Source of the DNA: an uncultured Rhodobacteraceae bacterium
GTDB lineage: Bacteria; Pseudomonadota; Alphaproteobacteria; Rhodobacterales; Rhodobacteraceae
Direction of reading: 5' to 3'
DNA: 64,000 bases
Assembly (NCBI GenBank): GCA_947493145.1
Contig: CANLPZ010000002.1
Span: 331,364 to 395,363, forward strand
The notes below the pieces were generated by a model. That model searched no databases and was not told the origin of the DNA. It saw only the letters and a program-made list of their open reading frames with translations. This document shows positions 1 through 9,252 of this stretch, in pieces. The position numbers and the translations under genes were made by a program. Position 1 is the first letter of the stretch. The number at the start of each line of letters is the position of its first letter.

Positions 1-272
1 CGTCAATGTGTGGGTGATACTCGTGTATTATTAGCGTCAAAGCTTGGCTTTTTGTGGGGGCGTTTGACGATAGTGCGATGCGTCTCACCTTTAATCTGAA
101 CGGTGTGTTTAAAGGCGTGATCTGGGTCCGCCAATATCACAAGATGAAATCTGGATGAGCAAAATGACACATTTTGAAAATCGCGCGCTATTGTTTTTGC
201 GATGTTCGCGTCTGTGACGACAGTGATTGCAATGCTGTATAAGGAAGTGCCTGAACTGGCCAAAGAAATGAC

Positions 273-2156
273 ATGACTTTTGTGCTCAACGCCAATCCGT
301 TAAAGGGCAATCCGTTTCGAACACGTGCAGATGCGCAGCAGGCGGTTGTAGACCTTATCGCCCCGTTACTCTCAGCGTTCTCACCAGGCAAGGCGCGGGT
401 GCATCTGGGCAGTGCGGATGCCTTTTTTGATACGGCGGCTGCCCATCTTGAAGGTTTGGTTCGCCCGCTTTGGGGGCTTGCGCCGCTTTTGGCGGGGGGC
501 GGGAATTTCGACGGTATCGAATTTTTTGTTGAAGGGCTCGCCAATGGATCCGACCCAGATCACCCTGAATATTGGGGTCCTGTAAAGGATCGTGACCAAC
601 GCATGGTCGAAAGCGCTGGCATTGGCTACGCGCTTGCGCTTGCGCCGGAAACCTTTTGGGATGGGATGTCGGAAAAGGGTCGCACCAATCTGTCAAACTG
701 GCTTTTGGCCTCTCTCGAGTGCGCGCCCCCTGACAACAATTGGCACTTCTTTCATGTTATGGTTTCGCTTGGGCTGACGCGCGTTGGCATTCCACATGAC
801 ACGTCCATCATTGCTGCCGATCTTGACGCGTTGGAAAGCTATGCGATCGGCGAGGGGTGGTATCGAGACGGAATGGACCGTCGTGCTGATCACTACATCC
901 CTTTTGCCATGCATTTCTATGGGCTGATCTATGCGAAACTTGGTCCGGACACGGATCACGTGCGCCGCGAACGATTTGCGCGCCGAGCGCGCGAAAGCAT
1001 GCCGCAGATTGCGCATTGGTTTGCGGCTGATGGGGCTGCATTGCCTTATGGTCGATCTCTAACCTATCGTTTTGCACATGCTGGGATTTGGGGGGCTTTG
1101 GCGTTTGCCGACGAAGAGGTTTTGCCTTGGGGCGAGATCAGAGGCTTTTGGGCGCGCAACCTGAGATATTGGTCAGAGTTGGACATTACGGATCGAACCG
1201 GCGTGCTGTCGACTGGCTATGGATACACACAACCCACGATGGCTGAGCGGTATAATTCACCAGCATCTCCTTACTGGGCGATGAAGGCTTTTGCACCGCT
1301 TGCACTACCCAAGGATCATCCGTTCTGGGCTGCGGAGGAAAGCGCTTTTGAAACCCGAGACGAGGTTGTTTCCATGCCGCAACCGGGGATGATCAAGTGG
1401 GAAGACGAAGGCGATGTCACCGTTCTGTCGGGTGGCCAACAACCGATGTTCTTTGGCCGCGCTGCAGAGAAATTCAACAAATTCGCTTATTCGACACGGT
1501 ATGCCTTTAGTGTTGAGGCTGAGGCCCGCGGTTTTGCCACGGGACCGCATGACAATATGCTGGCTTTTTCCGAAGATGGAGCCGTTGCCCATATCCGCAG
1601 TCAAGAAAGCGTCGCGCGAATTGGCCAGAACTGGATGTATTCTGCATGGTTCCCCATGCCCGAGGTTGAGGTTGAAACTTGGCTATTGGTGCACGCACCA
1701 TGGCATCTGCGTATTCACAAGGTCCGGACAAAGCGGCATGTTCAAACCATCGAAGGTGGGTTTTCGATTGCGCGTCGCGATGGTGATCCCGCGATGTCCG
1801 CGCTTGCGCCGTCTTTGGCAGGCGGCGTTTCGGGCACAGCGCGGTTTGCGACAGCGAGGGATACGACTGTTTTAGCGGACGCATCTGCACCAATTGCCAC
1901 CGCGTTTAGTCGAGAAGCTCGTGTGATCGCGGCGACACCCAGCACCAACATCCTCTTTCCGCGCAGCTGGGTTCCGCAACTGACGGCGGCGCTTGAACCC
2001 GGTGATTGGGGGCTTGCGTGCTGGGTTTTGGCACGGCCTAATTCTGCCAAAGCAGCATTCCCTGATGTGCCTTCTAAAATGCCGACTGCGGCTGAACTTG
2101 AACCGATGCGCACGGGCGGTGATGTGGTGACGGTTTGGGATTTACCACCCCGATAA
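273..2156 (+). CDS. DUF2264-domain protein (possible cytoplasmic glycoside hydrolase; function unknown)
   Basis: 627-aa ORF with ATG at 273. The N-terminal half carries patterns I associate with DUF2264 proteins (NPLKGNPFRTRADA..., SDPDHPEYWG, DQRMVE). No N-terminal hydrophobic signal peptide. Family call is from memory only. Confidence 0.55.
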   Translation: MTFVLNANPLKGNPFRTRADAQQAVVDLIAPLLSAFSPGKARVHLGSADAFFDTAAAHLEGLVRPLWGLAPLLAGGGNFDGIEFFVEGLANGSDPDHPEYWGPVKDRDQRMVESAGIGYALALAPETFWDGMSEKGRTNLSNWLLASLECAPPDNNWHFFHVMVSLGLTRVGIPHDTSIIAADLDALESYAIGEGWYRDGMDRRADHYIPFAMHFYGLIYAKLGPDTDHVRRERFARRARESMPQIAHWFAADGAALPYGRSLTYRFAHAGIWGALAFADEEVLPWGEIRGFWARNLRYWSELDITDRTGVLSTGYGYTQPTMAERYNSPASPYWAMKAFAPLALPKDHPFWAAEESAFETRDEVVSMPQPGMIKWEDEGDVTVLSGGQQPMFFGRAAEKFNKFAYSTRYAFSVEAEARGFATGPHDNMLAFSEDGAVAHIRSQESVARIGQNWMYSAWFPMPEVEVETWLLVHAPWHLRIHKVRTKRHVQTIEGGFSIARRDGDPAMSALAPSLAGGVSGTARFATARDTTVLADASAPIATAFSREARVIAATPSTNILFPRSWVPQLTAALEPGDWGLACWVLARPNSAKAAFPDVPSKMPTAAELEPMRTGGDVVTVWDLPPR

Positions 2157-2178
2157 AACCCAATCAGTATGACAAAGT

Positions 2179-2559
2179 GTGAAGCCTCCCGACAGTTGGC
2201 TCATGCGTCTTCATTTCTGGGAGGAAGGGATGGTAGAATTTCGCGCCAAACCCGCACCGGGTTTTGTTAATCCCATGGGGACCACCCATGGAGGTTGGAT
2301 GATGACCTTGCTTGATTCCGCAATGGCTCTTGCCGCGCACACCACAGTGGCCAAAGGCGAAAGTTATACAACCACCGATACAAACGTTCGCTTTCTGAGT
2401 GCAATCCCAACTGACAGTGAAGAGCTACGAGCCATAGGCCGCGTCCAAAAGCGGGGGCGCAAGATGATCACGCTAGAAGGACGGATCGAAACGATTGCGC
2501 CAGAAGGCATGGCCGGGAAGTTATTTGCGACTGGGACTTCATCCTGCATGGTCCTTTGA
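2179..2559 (+). CDS. PaaI/hotdog-fold thioesterase family protein
   Basis: Contains the NPMGTTHGGWMMTLLDSAMALAAH motif typical of PaaI-type 4HBT thioesterases. Lies 22 nt after the DUF2264 stop. Start is uncertain: GTG 2179, or ATG 2230, which follows GGGAGGAAGGG. Confidence 0.6.
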   Translation: MKPPDSWLMRLHFWEEGMVEFRAKPAPGFVNPMGTTHGGWMMTLLDSAMALAAHTTVAKGESYTTTDTNVRFLSAIPTDSEELRAIGRVQKRGRKMITLEGRIETIAPEGMAGKLFATGTSSCMVL

Positions 2560-2629
2560 TACGTTGATGTTTCGCATGGGCGAGAGTGTCCACGGCATTC
2601 GTCATGGCGACAGGGTTCCCTTGAATCAA

Positions 2630-3607
2630 TTAGGCAACCCGTTGTCGTAACCCGTCGAACCCAACAGCAAGGATCAATACAACACCGCGTGTCACTTCCT
2701 GCCAAAAGCTGGTGACATTCATAAGCGTCAAGCCATTGTTAAGCGTGCCAAGTATAAGAACAGCCACTAAAGTGCCCCAGACCGAACCTCGCCCACCTTG
2801 CAGTGATGTCCCACCAAGAATGATCGCCGCAATAACGGTGAGCAGATGAGGACCCGCAGCATTTGGTGCAGCGGCGCCCAGCATGGCGGATAAAACGGTA
2901 CCTGCGATCGCGCCTGAGACAGCTGACATAACATAAAGCGCGATTTGGGTGCGATCGACTGGCAGGCCGATCAATCGGCTGGCGTCAGGATTTCCACCAA
3001 CGGCAAAGGCATATCGCCCAAAATGGGTTTTTTGCATCAGCAACCACAGTCCGATGTACACTGCCAACATCAAAATAGCAGGAACCGGAATGCCCAATAT
3101 GCGATCCTGACCGATCCAGTTAAACCCATCGACGATCAACGGTTTGCTGAGCCCCCCCGTAAGAATTAACGACACGCCTGTGACAATTGACATGGTTGCA
3201 AGGGTCACAATCAATGGGTTTAACCGCAGATAGGTTGCAAGCACGCCATTCACTATGCCCACTACCACAGCGATGCCAATTGCGGCCAAAACTGCAATCC
3301 AGATCGGAATGCCTGCCGCATGCAAAAGTGCAATGATGACACCCGTTAAACCAGCAACAGCGGCAACCGAAAGATCTAATCCGCCAGCGATGATCAAAGG
3401 TGTTCCCGCGGCCGCCATCAATCCAATCAAAGCAATATTAGAGCTGATAGATGTCATATTTCGGACGGTCATGAAAAATGGCGATAGCAAGGAAAAAGTA
3501 ACCAATAACAGAACATAAAACACCAGAAGGATAAGCACGGTTGTACCCACCCCTGAGCCGCCAAAGAGCCGTTTCATCACGCTGGGATTTTGTGTTGTGT
3601 TGGACAT
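2630..3607 (-). CDS. monosaccharide-type (RbsC/AraH-like) ABC transporter permease
   Basis: 325 aa and highly hydrophobic throughout, with a Gly/Ala-rich multi-TM pattern like ribose/arabinose permeases. ATG at 3607 lies 12 nt downstream of the ATPase stop. Confidence 0.85.
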   Translation of the reverse strand: MSNTTQNPSVMKRLFGGSGVGTTVLILLVFYVLLLVTFSLLSPFFMTVRNMTSISSNIALIGLMAAAGTPLIIAGGLDLSVAAVAGLTGVIIALLHAAGIPIWIAVLAAIGIAVVVGIVNGVLATYLRLNPLIVTLATMSIVTGVSLILTGGLSKPLIVDGFNWIGQDRILGIPVPAILMLAVYIGLWLLMQKTHFGRYAFAVGGNPDASRLIGLPVDRTQIALYVMSAVSGAIAGTVLSAMLGAAAPNAAGPHLLTVIAAIILGGTSLQGGRGSVWGTLVAVLILGTLNNGLTLMNVTSFWQEVTRGVVLILAVGFDGLRQRVA

Positions 3608-3619
3608 GACCTGTGCCTT

Positions 3620-5125
3620 TTAAGCTGTGGGGTTTTTGTGTGTGGATGCGGCCATAAGATCACCCGGCGTTGCGGCAGATCCAAATTCCGCAATGATACG
3701 GCCGCGATCAATGACCATGGAGCGATCAGACAGGCCTGCGATCTCTTCTACATCCGAAGACAGCACAAGAACGGCGAGCCCCTCGCGCGCAAAGGCCACG
3801 AGTTGCCGATAGATGTCTTTACGCGCGCCCACATCGACACCGCGTGTGGGTTCTTCAAGGATCAGCATTTTGACCTTTGGATTGAGCCAGCGGGCCACAC
3901 AAACCTTTTGTTGGTTGCCTCCTGACAGCAAGCGGATGGCCTGTTCAGGACCCGCGGTTTTGATCCCAAGGTTTTCGATCCATTCTAAACTGTGAGCGGT
4001 TTCGCGAGGTGGCGAGGTCATTACGCGCCCGCCAAAATCAGATTGAAACGCGGCAACAAGATTTTCGCGAACGGACATATCGGCCATGATCCCGTCTGTT
4101 TTCCGCTCTGCAGTGACAAACCCAATACCTGCTTGTTTCCCTTTCAAAGGCGAAATGGGGGTATAGACGTCGCCGTTCAGCATCAATTCACCAGATGCGG
4201 GGCGGCCTTGTGCCCCGAATATCAAACGCCCCAGAACTTCGACGCCAGATCCGATCAATCCGAAAACACCCAAAATTTCGCCGGTACGAAGCTCTAAGCT
4301 GACGTTTTCAATTTGGTCAGGTAGGTTCAAGTTTTTGCAGGAAAAAACAACAGGTGCGGACGCGGGCAGGGGCGGGCGTTCTTCGAACATGGCGCCAGCA
4401 ACTTTGCCAAGCATTGCGTTGACAACATCGCTGACGGCGGCGGATTTCGGATCGAATTCTCCTGCGTTTGTCCCATCACGTAAGACGATGATGCGGTCAG
4501 AAATTTCGAAAACTTCGTTCAAATAGTGCGAAATATACACGATCGACGTGCCACGTTTTTTCAGTCGACGAAGGAGTGTGAATATTTGCTCACTTTCGGT
4601 TTCAGAAAGCGATGCAGTGGGCTCATCCATCACCAACACATCCGCCTGACCTTCAAGGGCGCGCGCAATTTCGATGATACGCCGTTCTGCGACCGGCAAA
4701 TCATGTACCAATGTTTGCGGGTCAAGATGACCGAACCCAAGTTCTTCAAGCACTGTGTGCGCGCGCTGGGCCATATCTGACCATTGAACCAAGCCTTTGC
4801 TTTCGGCGGACATGCAAATATTTTCGGCAATCGACAGTTCCGGAAAAACCGAGATTTCTTGTGGTAAAAAGCGGATGCCAACACGCGCGGCATCACGAGG
4901 TGTTGCGAATTCAACCGTTTCATTGTTGACGCGGATTGTGCCCGCATTTTTTGAATAGTTTGCGGTTAAAATTTTCATCAGCGTGGATTTGCCTGCTCCG
5001 TTTGAGCCAAGCAGTGCTATGATCTCTCCCTTGGACACGCTCATCGACACGCCGTTAAGCACTTGAACCGGTCCAAAGCTTTTGTGGATGTCCAGCATCT
5101 CAAGTCGTGGGGAGGTGGCGGTCAT
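3620..5125 (-). CDS. sugar ABC transporter ATP-binding protein (duplicated ABC domains, RbsA-like)
   Basis: 501 aa. Walker A GSNGAGKST, signature LSGGNQQKV, and a second degenerate ABC half. This is the typical two-cassette monosaccharide importer ATPase. Confidence 0.9.
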   Translation of the reverse strand: MTATSPRLEMLDIHKSFGPVQVLNGVSMSVSKGEIIALLGSNGAGKSTLMKILTANYSKNAGTIRVNNETVEFATPRDAARVGIRFLPQEISVFPELSIAENICMSAESKGLVQWSDMAQRAHTVLEELGFGHLDPQTLVHDLPVAERRIIEIARALEGQADVLVMDEPTASLSETESEQIFTLLRRLKKRGTSIVYISHYLNEVFEISDRIIVLRDGTNAGEFDPKSAAVSDVVNAMLGKVAGAMFEERPPLPASAPVVFSCKNLNLPDQIENVSLELRTGEILGVFGLIGSGVEVLGRLIFGAQGRPASGELMLNGDVYTPISPLKGKQAGIGFVTAERKTDGIMADMSVRENLVAAFQSDFGGRVMTSPPRETAHSLEWIENLGIKTAGPEQAIRLLSGGNQQKVCVARWLNPKVKMLILEEPTRGVDVGARKDIYRQLVAFAREGLAVLVLSSDVEEIAGLSDRSMVIDRGRIIAEFGSAATPGDLMAASTHKNPTA

Positions 5126-5162
5126 GATTCATCCTTTCGTGCAGCTTCACTGTAGCGCACGT

Positions 5163-5202
5163 AAAAAGAAAAATGCCACGCAACTTCAGTGCCGCGTGGC
5201 AT
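5163..5202 (-). terminator. intra-operon stem-loop/intrinsic terminator after the binding-protein gene
   Basis: Read on the minus strand: ATGCCACGC (5202-5194), a 12-nt loop, GCGTGGCAT (5181-5173), then TTTTTCTTTTT. Confidence 0.6.
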
Positions 5203-5216
5203 CTGGTTTTTCGTGA

Positions 5217-6386
5217 TTACTTCGTCGGGATCAGGTTTTGCACATCTGCAAGGCTTGGATCCTCGCGCAGAGCAGCCAAATGCGCCAAGAATCCGTCTTC
5301 TGGGAAGTCATAGCTGATTACTTTGACATCCTGACAGGCGACGTCTGCGTTGAATTCGCAAATATTGGCTGGGGTCACCACGGTATGGTTGATCAAAACC
5401 GCTTCGGGTAATTCTTCACCTGCGAGTGTGGCCAAGGCAATTGGGATCAATGAGTTGCCATAGCGTTCTGGGAATGAACCCACAGCGGCGACGAAGTCTT
5501 TTTCGTTGGCAAGAGTTTCACCTTCATCACCACCTAAACCGACAACAGTGATCATCTCGCGGCCATCTTGTTGAGCCGCCCGCAGAATGCCAGTTGTGGC
5601 CTGATCGTTGATCGCCGTGCCCATGATTGGCACGCCTTCTGGAATGCGGCTCAACAGGTTATTGGTCTGCGTAAAACTTTCTTCCAGCGTGTTTTTGCTG
5701 TCAAAGGTCAGGATTTGGTCTTCTGGAAAGTCAGGCAGTGCGGCGCGGAACCCCGCCATCTGGCCACCGGTGCGCATGGCAGGGATCGGCCCAGATTGTG
5801 GGAGCTCACCTTCGATGAAATAGCCATTCATCACGGCTTCCATGCCGTGTCGCGCAACGGCAGCCTGCGCAAGATAAGATCCCCCCATAAAGCCTGCGCG
5901 TGGATTGTTCACGCCAAAGAAACCCGCGCCTGGCATCGGAATGTCGATTGCAACAACAGGAATATCGGCTTGGTTCATTTTATTCATGATCACAGCCCCG
6001 AATTCCGCATCGGTTTGGAATTCGATGACAAAATCAACATTCCTGTTGATAAAGCTTTCGGCATTGGTCAGCGCAGTTGCCCCATCAAGCCGGTTGTCTG
6101 CAACCACGACTTCGATTCCAGCGGCTTTGGCGTTTTCCAGTATGCTTTGTTCCACCAGGGCACAAAACGGAATATCGCGTTGAAGATTTGCGAAGCCAAT
6201 GACGTATTGTTCGCCATTGCGCGGTGGACGGACTTCCATCGCCGCCTTGACCATGGCCATTAGATTTTCGGATGGAAACATTGATCCATCGTGGGTCGCC
6301 GGATCAAATCCCACAAAGTCAGCTTGTGCAGGAACAGTCCCAAGCATAATCAATGCCGTCGCGGCGGACATGAGTAGTTTGTTCAT
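5217..6386 (-). CDS. periplasmic sugar-binding protein of the ABC importer
   Basis: 389 aa. N-terminal signal peptide MNKLLMSAATALIMLGTVPAQA. Type-I periplasmic binding-protein-like composition. First gene of the SBP-ATPase-permease operon, with SD GGGAGGAAA upstream. Confidence 0.75.
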   Translation of the reverse strand: MNKLLMSAATALIMLGTVPAQADFVGFDPATHDGSMFPSENLMAMVKAAMEVRPPRNGEQYVIGFANLQRDIPFCALVEQSILENAKAAGIEVVVADNRLDGATALTNAESFINRNVDFVIEFQTDAEFGAVIMNKMNQADIPVVAIDIPMPGAGFFGVNNPRAGFMGGSYLAQAAVARHGMEAVMNGYFIEGELPQSGPIPAMRTGGQMAGFRAALPDFPEDQILTFDSKNTLEESFTQTNNLLSRIPEGVPIMGTAINDQATTGILRAAQQDGREMITVVGLGGDEGETLANEKDFVAAVGSFPERYGNSLIPIALATLAGEELPEAVLINHTVVTPANICEFNADVACQDVKVISYDFPEDGFLAHLAALREDPSLADVQNLIPTK

Positions 6387-6650
6387 TTAGATTTCCTCCC
6401 GTGAATGTCTTGCGCGACCCAATCCGATGGACTCGGTGCGCCTCCCTGCATCAAGGCTACCGGCGGATATTAAGAAATTTTGGTCAAACGAATATACATA
6501 TTGATCAAAATATTACCCAAAAGAGCCGCGGATAAATCACGAAAACTTACCCGTGATTTTGTCATAAGTATATGGTATTGAATGTTTAATTTATTGTTTT
6601 GGCTGTATTTTGCAAGTCTACAGGGATATGAAAAACGCAAGGAAACCCGC

Positions 6651-7553
6651 ATGAAGGATTATTACAGTTATATTCCTGAAAGCCGCCTTTGCTACGCGCT
6701 TGGCTGTACTTTGCAATCCGCTGGGTTCACTCAGGTTGGGCGCCATGTGCAATATCCAGCTCTGACCCATCCCGAACATCATATATTCAATCGAAAGAAG
6801 GGGCGCGTTCTTCAGGCCTTTCAAATTGTGTATATTTCGGATGGAAAAGGCCGTGTGAAATTAGGTCGTGACAGTAAAACACACGACATAACCGCTGGTA
6901 TGGTTTTTGTACTTTTTCCAAACGTTTGGCATCGATACGCCCCTGAGCAATCAACGGGTTGGACCGAGCATTGGGTCGAATGCAAAGGCACGGCTTTTGA
7001 CATGGCGATGAATTCGGGACTATTGGATATCAATCGACCAATTTTTCGCAATCCGAATGTGGCAGCTGTTCAAACAGCTTTTGCCGAAATTCACGAACTG
7101 GCTGTGCAAGATGCCGTTGGCAACCAACCCGTTTTATCGATGCTTGGATTGAAATTGCTCGCGATCTTGGCGGGACCACGCACAGCGAATGAGGATAGTA
7201 TGAACCGTTTGGTCAATGCCGCACGGATGATGCTGTTGGAACGCAGTACAGAAAACCGCCCAATGGAAGAAATCGCGGATGCCTTGAACGTCAGTTATTC
7301 AAATCTGAGACGCAGATTTAGGGCGCACACCGGCATGTCGATGAAGGATTATCAGACAAATGTGCGGATCAAAAAAGCAAAGGACATGTTAGATAATACT
7401 GATTTACCGATCAAAGGGATTGCGGCGCAGCTTGGATTTAGTTCTGCGTTCCATTTTTCAAATCAGTTTCGAAAACTAGTTGGGTGCCCGCCGACAGATT
7501 GGCGGGCACGCCTTGGAGGCGGGCCGGAGGGTGGCCCTAGCACACACGAATAA
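6651..7553 (+). CDS. AraC family transcriptional regulator
   Basis: C-terminal double HTH (SYSNLRRRFRAHTGMSMKDYQ... IAAQLGFSSAFHFSNQFRKLVGCPPTDWR). Start moved to ATG 6651 (MKDYYSY). Divergent from the ABC operon. Confidence 0.85.
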   Translation: MKDYYSYIPESRLCYALGCTLQSAGFTQVGRHVQYPALTHPEHHIFNRKKGRVLQAFQIVYISDGKGRVKLGRDSKTHDITAGMVFVLFPNVWHRYAPEQSTGWTEHWVECKGTAFDMAMNSGLLDINRPIFRNPNVAAVQTAFAEIHELAVQDAVGNQPVLSMLGLKLLAILAGPRTANEDSMNRLVNAARMMLLERSTENRPMEEIADALNVSYSNLRRRFRAHTGMSMKDYQTNVRIKKAKDMLDNTDLPIKGIAAQLGFSSAFHFSNQFRKLVGCPPTDWRARLGGGPEGGPSTHE

Positions 7554-8973
7554 CGTCAAGCCCTAAAAGCGCGCCTAATTTCTCGATCCGGCTTGCGATG
7601 TGTCCTACGCCAACTGCGCAGTGATGCGCTGGCGCGGCAGCATTCCAGTCTTCAACAAATTGGCGCGCACCAATAGGAAAACGATACCGGCTGTTGGTGT
7701 TCCCGATTTCCAATGTCGGACCAGGAACGCTTTCACCTTCGGCAACCAACAACGAAATCTTCCCGCCAATTTCGAGCACAGATAGGCAGGTCACCGGTCC
7801 ATGTTTGACACTCATTTCAACACTGACGCCCGCGCCCACTTTGCCGTGATAGACCTCAAGTGGGCGGACTTTGGTTTTCCCTTCGGCGATTTGGGTGTGA
7901 CCGGGGCCATCGTGCCCCATAAGGACAACGTCATCGTTAAAATCGATGCAATAATATTCGGTGAATGACCCACCAGCACCAAAGGTATCCATGATTTTCA
8001 TGGCCTGCGCATTTTTCACTTCGTATTCGCCGGCAATCGGAACACCGGATGCAGTGAGCATTGAGCACCCCAGAATGACCGACGTAATGATGTCTTCGTG
8101 TACTGTTCCGGCTGTTGATTCATAATAATAGGCCATAGAACCCAACCCGTGGCGTTCCACCATTTCAAACAAGGCGGCGGCTGTGCGCGCTGCACGATGC
8201 AATTCGGCGGTACTGCAATCGGGTTGGATATCGAATTCGTCTTTTATACGCGTCAGCATCGCGTCGATTTGATGGTCGTTCAGGTTTTCTCGAATGGCGG
8301 CAAGTTCGTCAATTTCGATAATATCAATGATGGTGCCAAAGGCTGCGGATTGCAGGGCCATATCCGAATAGATATCAAGCATACCGTTATAGTAACGCCC
8401 CATCACCCCCAATTTATTATGCGCCATTACATGTGCAACGCGCGCGGCTTCGATCCAATCTTCGATCGCTGAATCTACGATTGGATCATCGTTTAAAACA
8501 CCAGTAACTTGATGAAAATCGATGCCAGATCGTGTGAAAACATTTGCGATTTCTGGCACTGGGCAGGCGGCGCAATGGGCAAGCCATTCTCCGGTCATTT
8601 TTGTGCGATCCCCCAAGGCATTGAACGACGCGTAATCGAGTGTCTGTGTCGGTTGAAGATTGAGGATAATAACCGGCACACCTGCACGGCGCACGACGGG
8701 AAGGACAGTCGACGATAAAGCGTAGGTGGTGACATACAAGAAAATGATTTCGACGTCAGCTGCCCTAAAATCGTGGCCCGCTTGAACGGCTTTTTCGGGA
8801 GTGTCGATCAAGCCAAGGTTCACAACCTCGATATGATCGCGCTTTAATTTGTCTTCCACCACGCCAACGTAAGACTTGAGACGTTCCTCTAGCCCTTCAA
8901 ATTGTGGCCAATAGGCGTCCAATCCGATCCCAAACAGACCAACTTTTAACGAATTTCTGGCGATTTTTGCCAT
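7537..8973 (-). CDS. L-arabinose isomerase (AraA) family protein, substrate unknown
   Basis: 478 aa. By-eye alignment to E. coli AraA (recalled): AGEYEVKNAQAMKIM / SFTEYY / MGHDGPGH / APAHHCAV correspond to the Glu, Glu, His, His active-site segments. SD GGGAGGAAG lies upstream of ATG 8973. Confidence 0.7.
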   Translation of the reverse strand: MAKIARNSLKVGLFGIGLDAYWPQFEGLEERLKSYVGVVEDKLKRDHIEVVNLGLIDTPEKAVQAGHDFRAADVEIIFLYVTTYALSSTVLPVVRRAGVPVIILNLQPTQTLDYASFNALGDRTKMTGEWLAHCAACPVPEIANVFTRSGIDFHQVTGVLNDDPIVDSAIEDWIEAARVAHVMAHNKLGVMGRYYNGMLDIYSDMALQSAAFGTIIDIIEIDELAAIRENLNDHQIDAMLTRIKDEFDIQPDCSTAELHRAARTAAALFEMVERHGLGSMAYYYESTAGTVHEDIITSVILGCSMLTASGVPIAGEYEVKNAQAMKIMDTFGAGGSFTEYYCIDFNDDVVLMGHDGPGHTQIAEGKTKVRPLEVYHGKVGAGVSVEMSVKHGPVTCLSVLEIGGKISLLVAEGESVPGPTLEIGNTNSRYRFPIGARQFVEDWNAAAPAHHCAVGVGHIASRIEKLGALLGLDVIRVC

Positions 8974-9252
8974 CGACCCTCTTCCTCCCTTTTGCCTCCA
9001 AAGAAGCTGTTTCCCGCAAGATTTCGCTTTAAAGTTCCGCGGTCTTTGCGTTCAGGGTAGATGTCCAAGGACTCTATTGGTGACAGGAGCCATTCAATTT
9101 TTGATCATAATTACCAATTGCGTTTTGCGCAGAATTCGTTCGGATTTGATCAATGAAAAAGCCCAGCGAGATTTTTGAAAGCAATCACGCCGGGCGGTTT
9201 GTTTGGAGCCAACCGTAGATCAATTGGCTCGATTTTTAGCGATGGGTCCGAT

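Noticed and set aside
3-263. 86-aa minus-strand ORF at the left edge
   Set aside because: The only start is a TTG, with no ATG, no SD and no recognisable motif. It lies in the likely promoter region of the DUF2264 gene. There is not enough support to call a gene.
9191-9235. Hairpin GAGCCAA-N10-TTGGCTC followed by GATTTTT, downstream of the TRAP dctM-type gene
   Set aside because: The T-run follows the stem on the plus strand, whereas the only upstream gene is on the minus strand. In the relevant orientation there is no T-tract, so it is not a convincing terminator for that operon.
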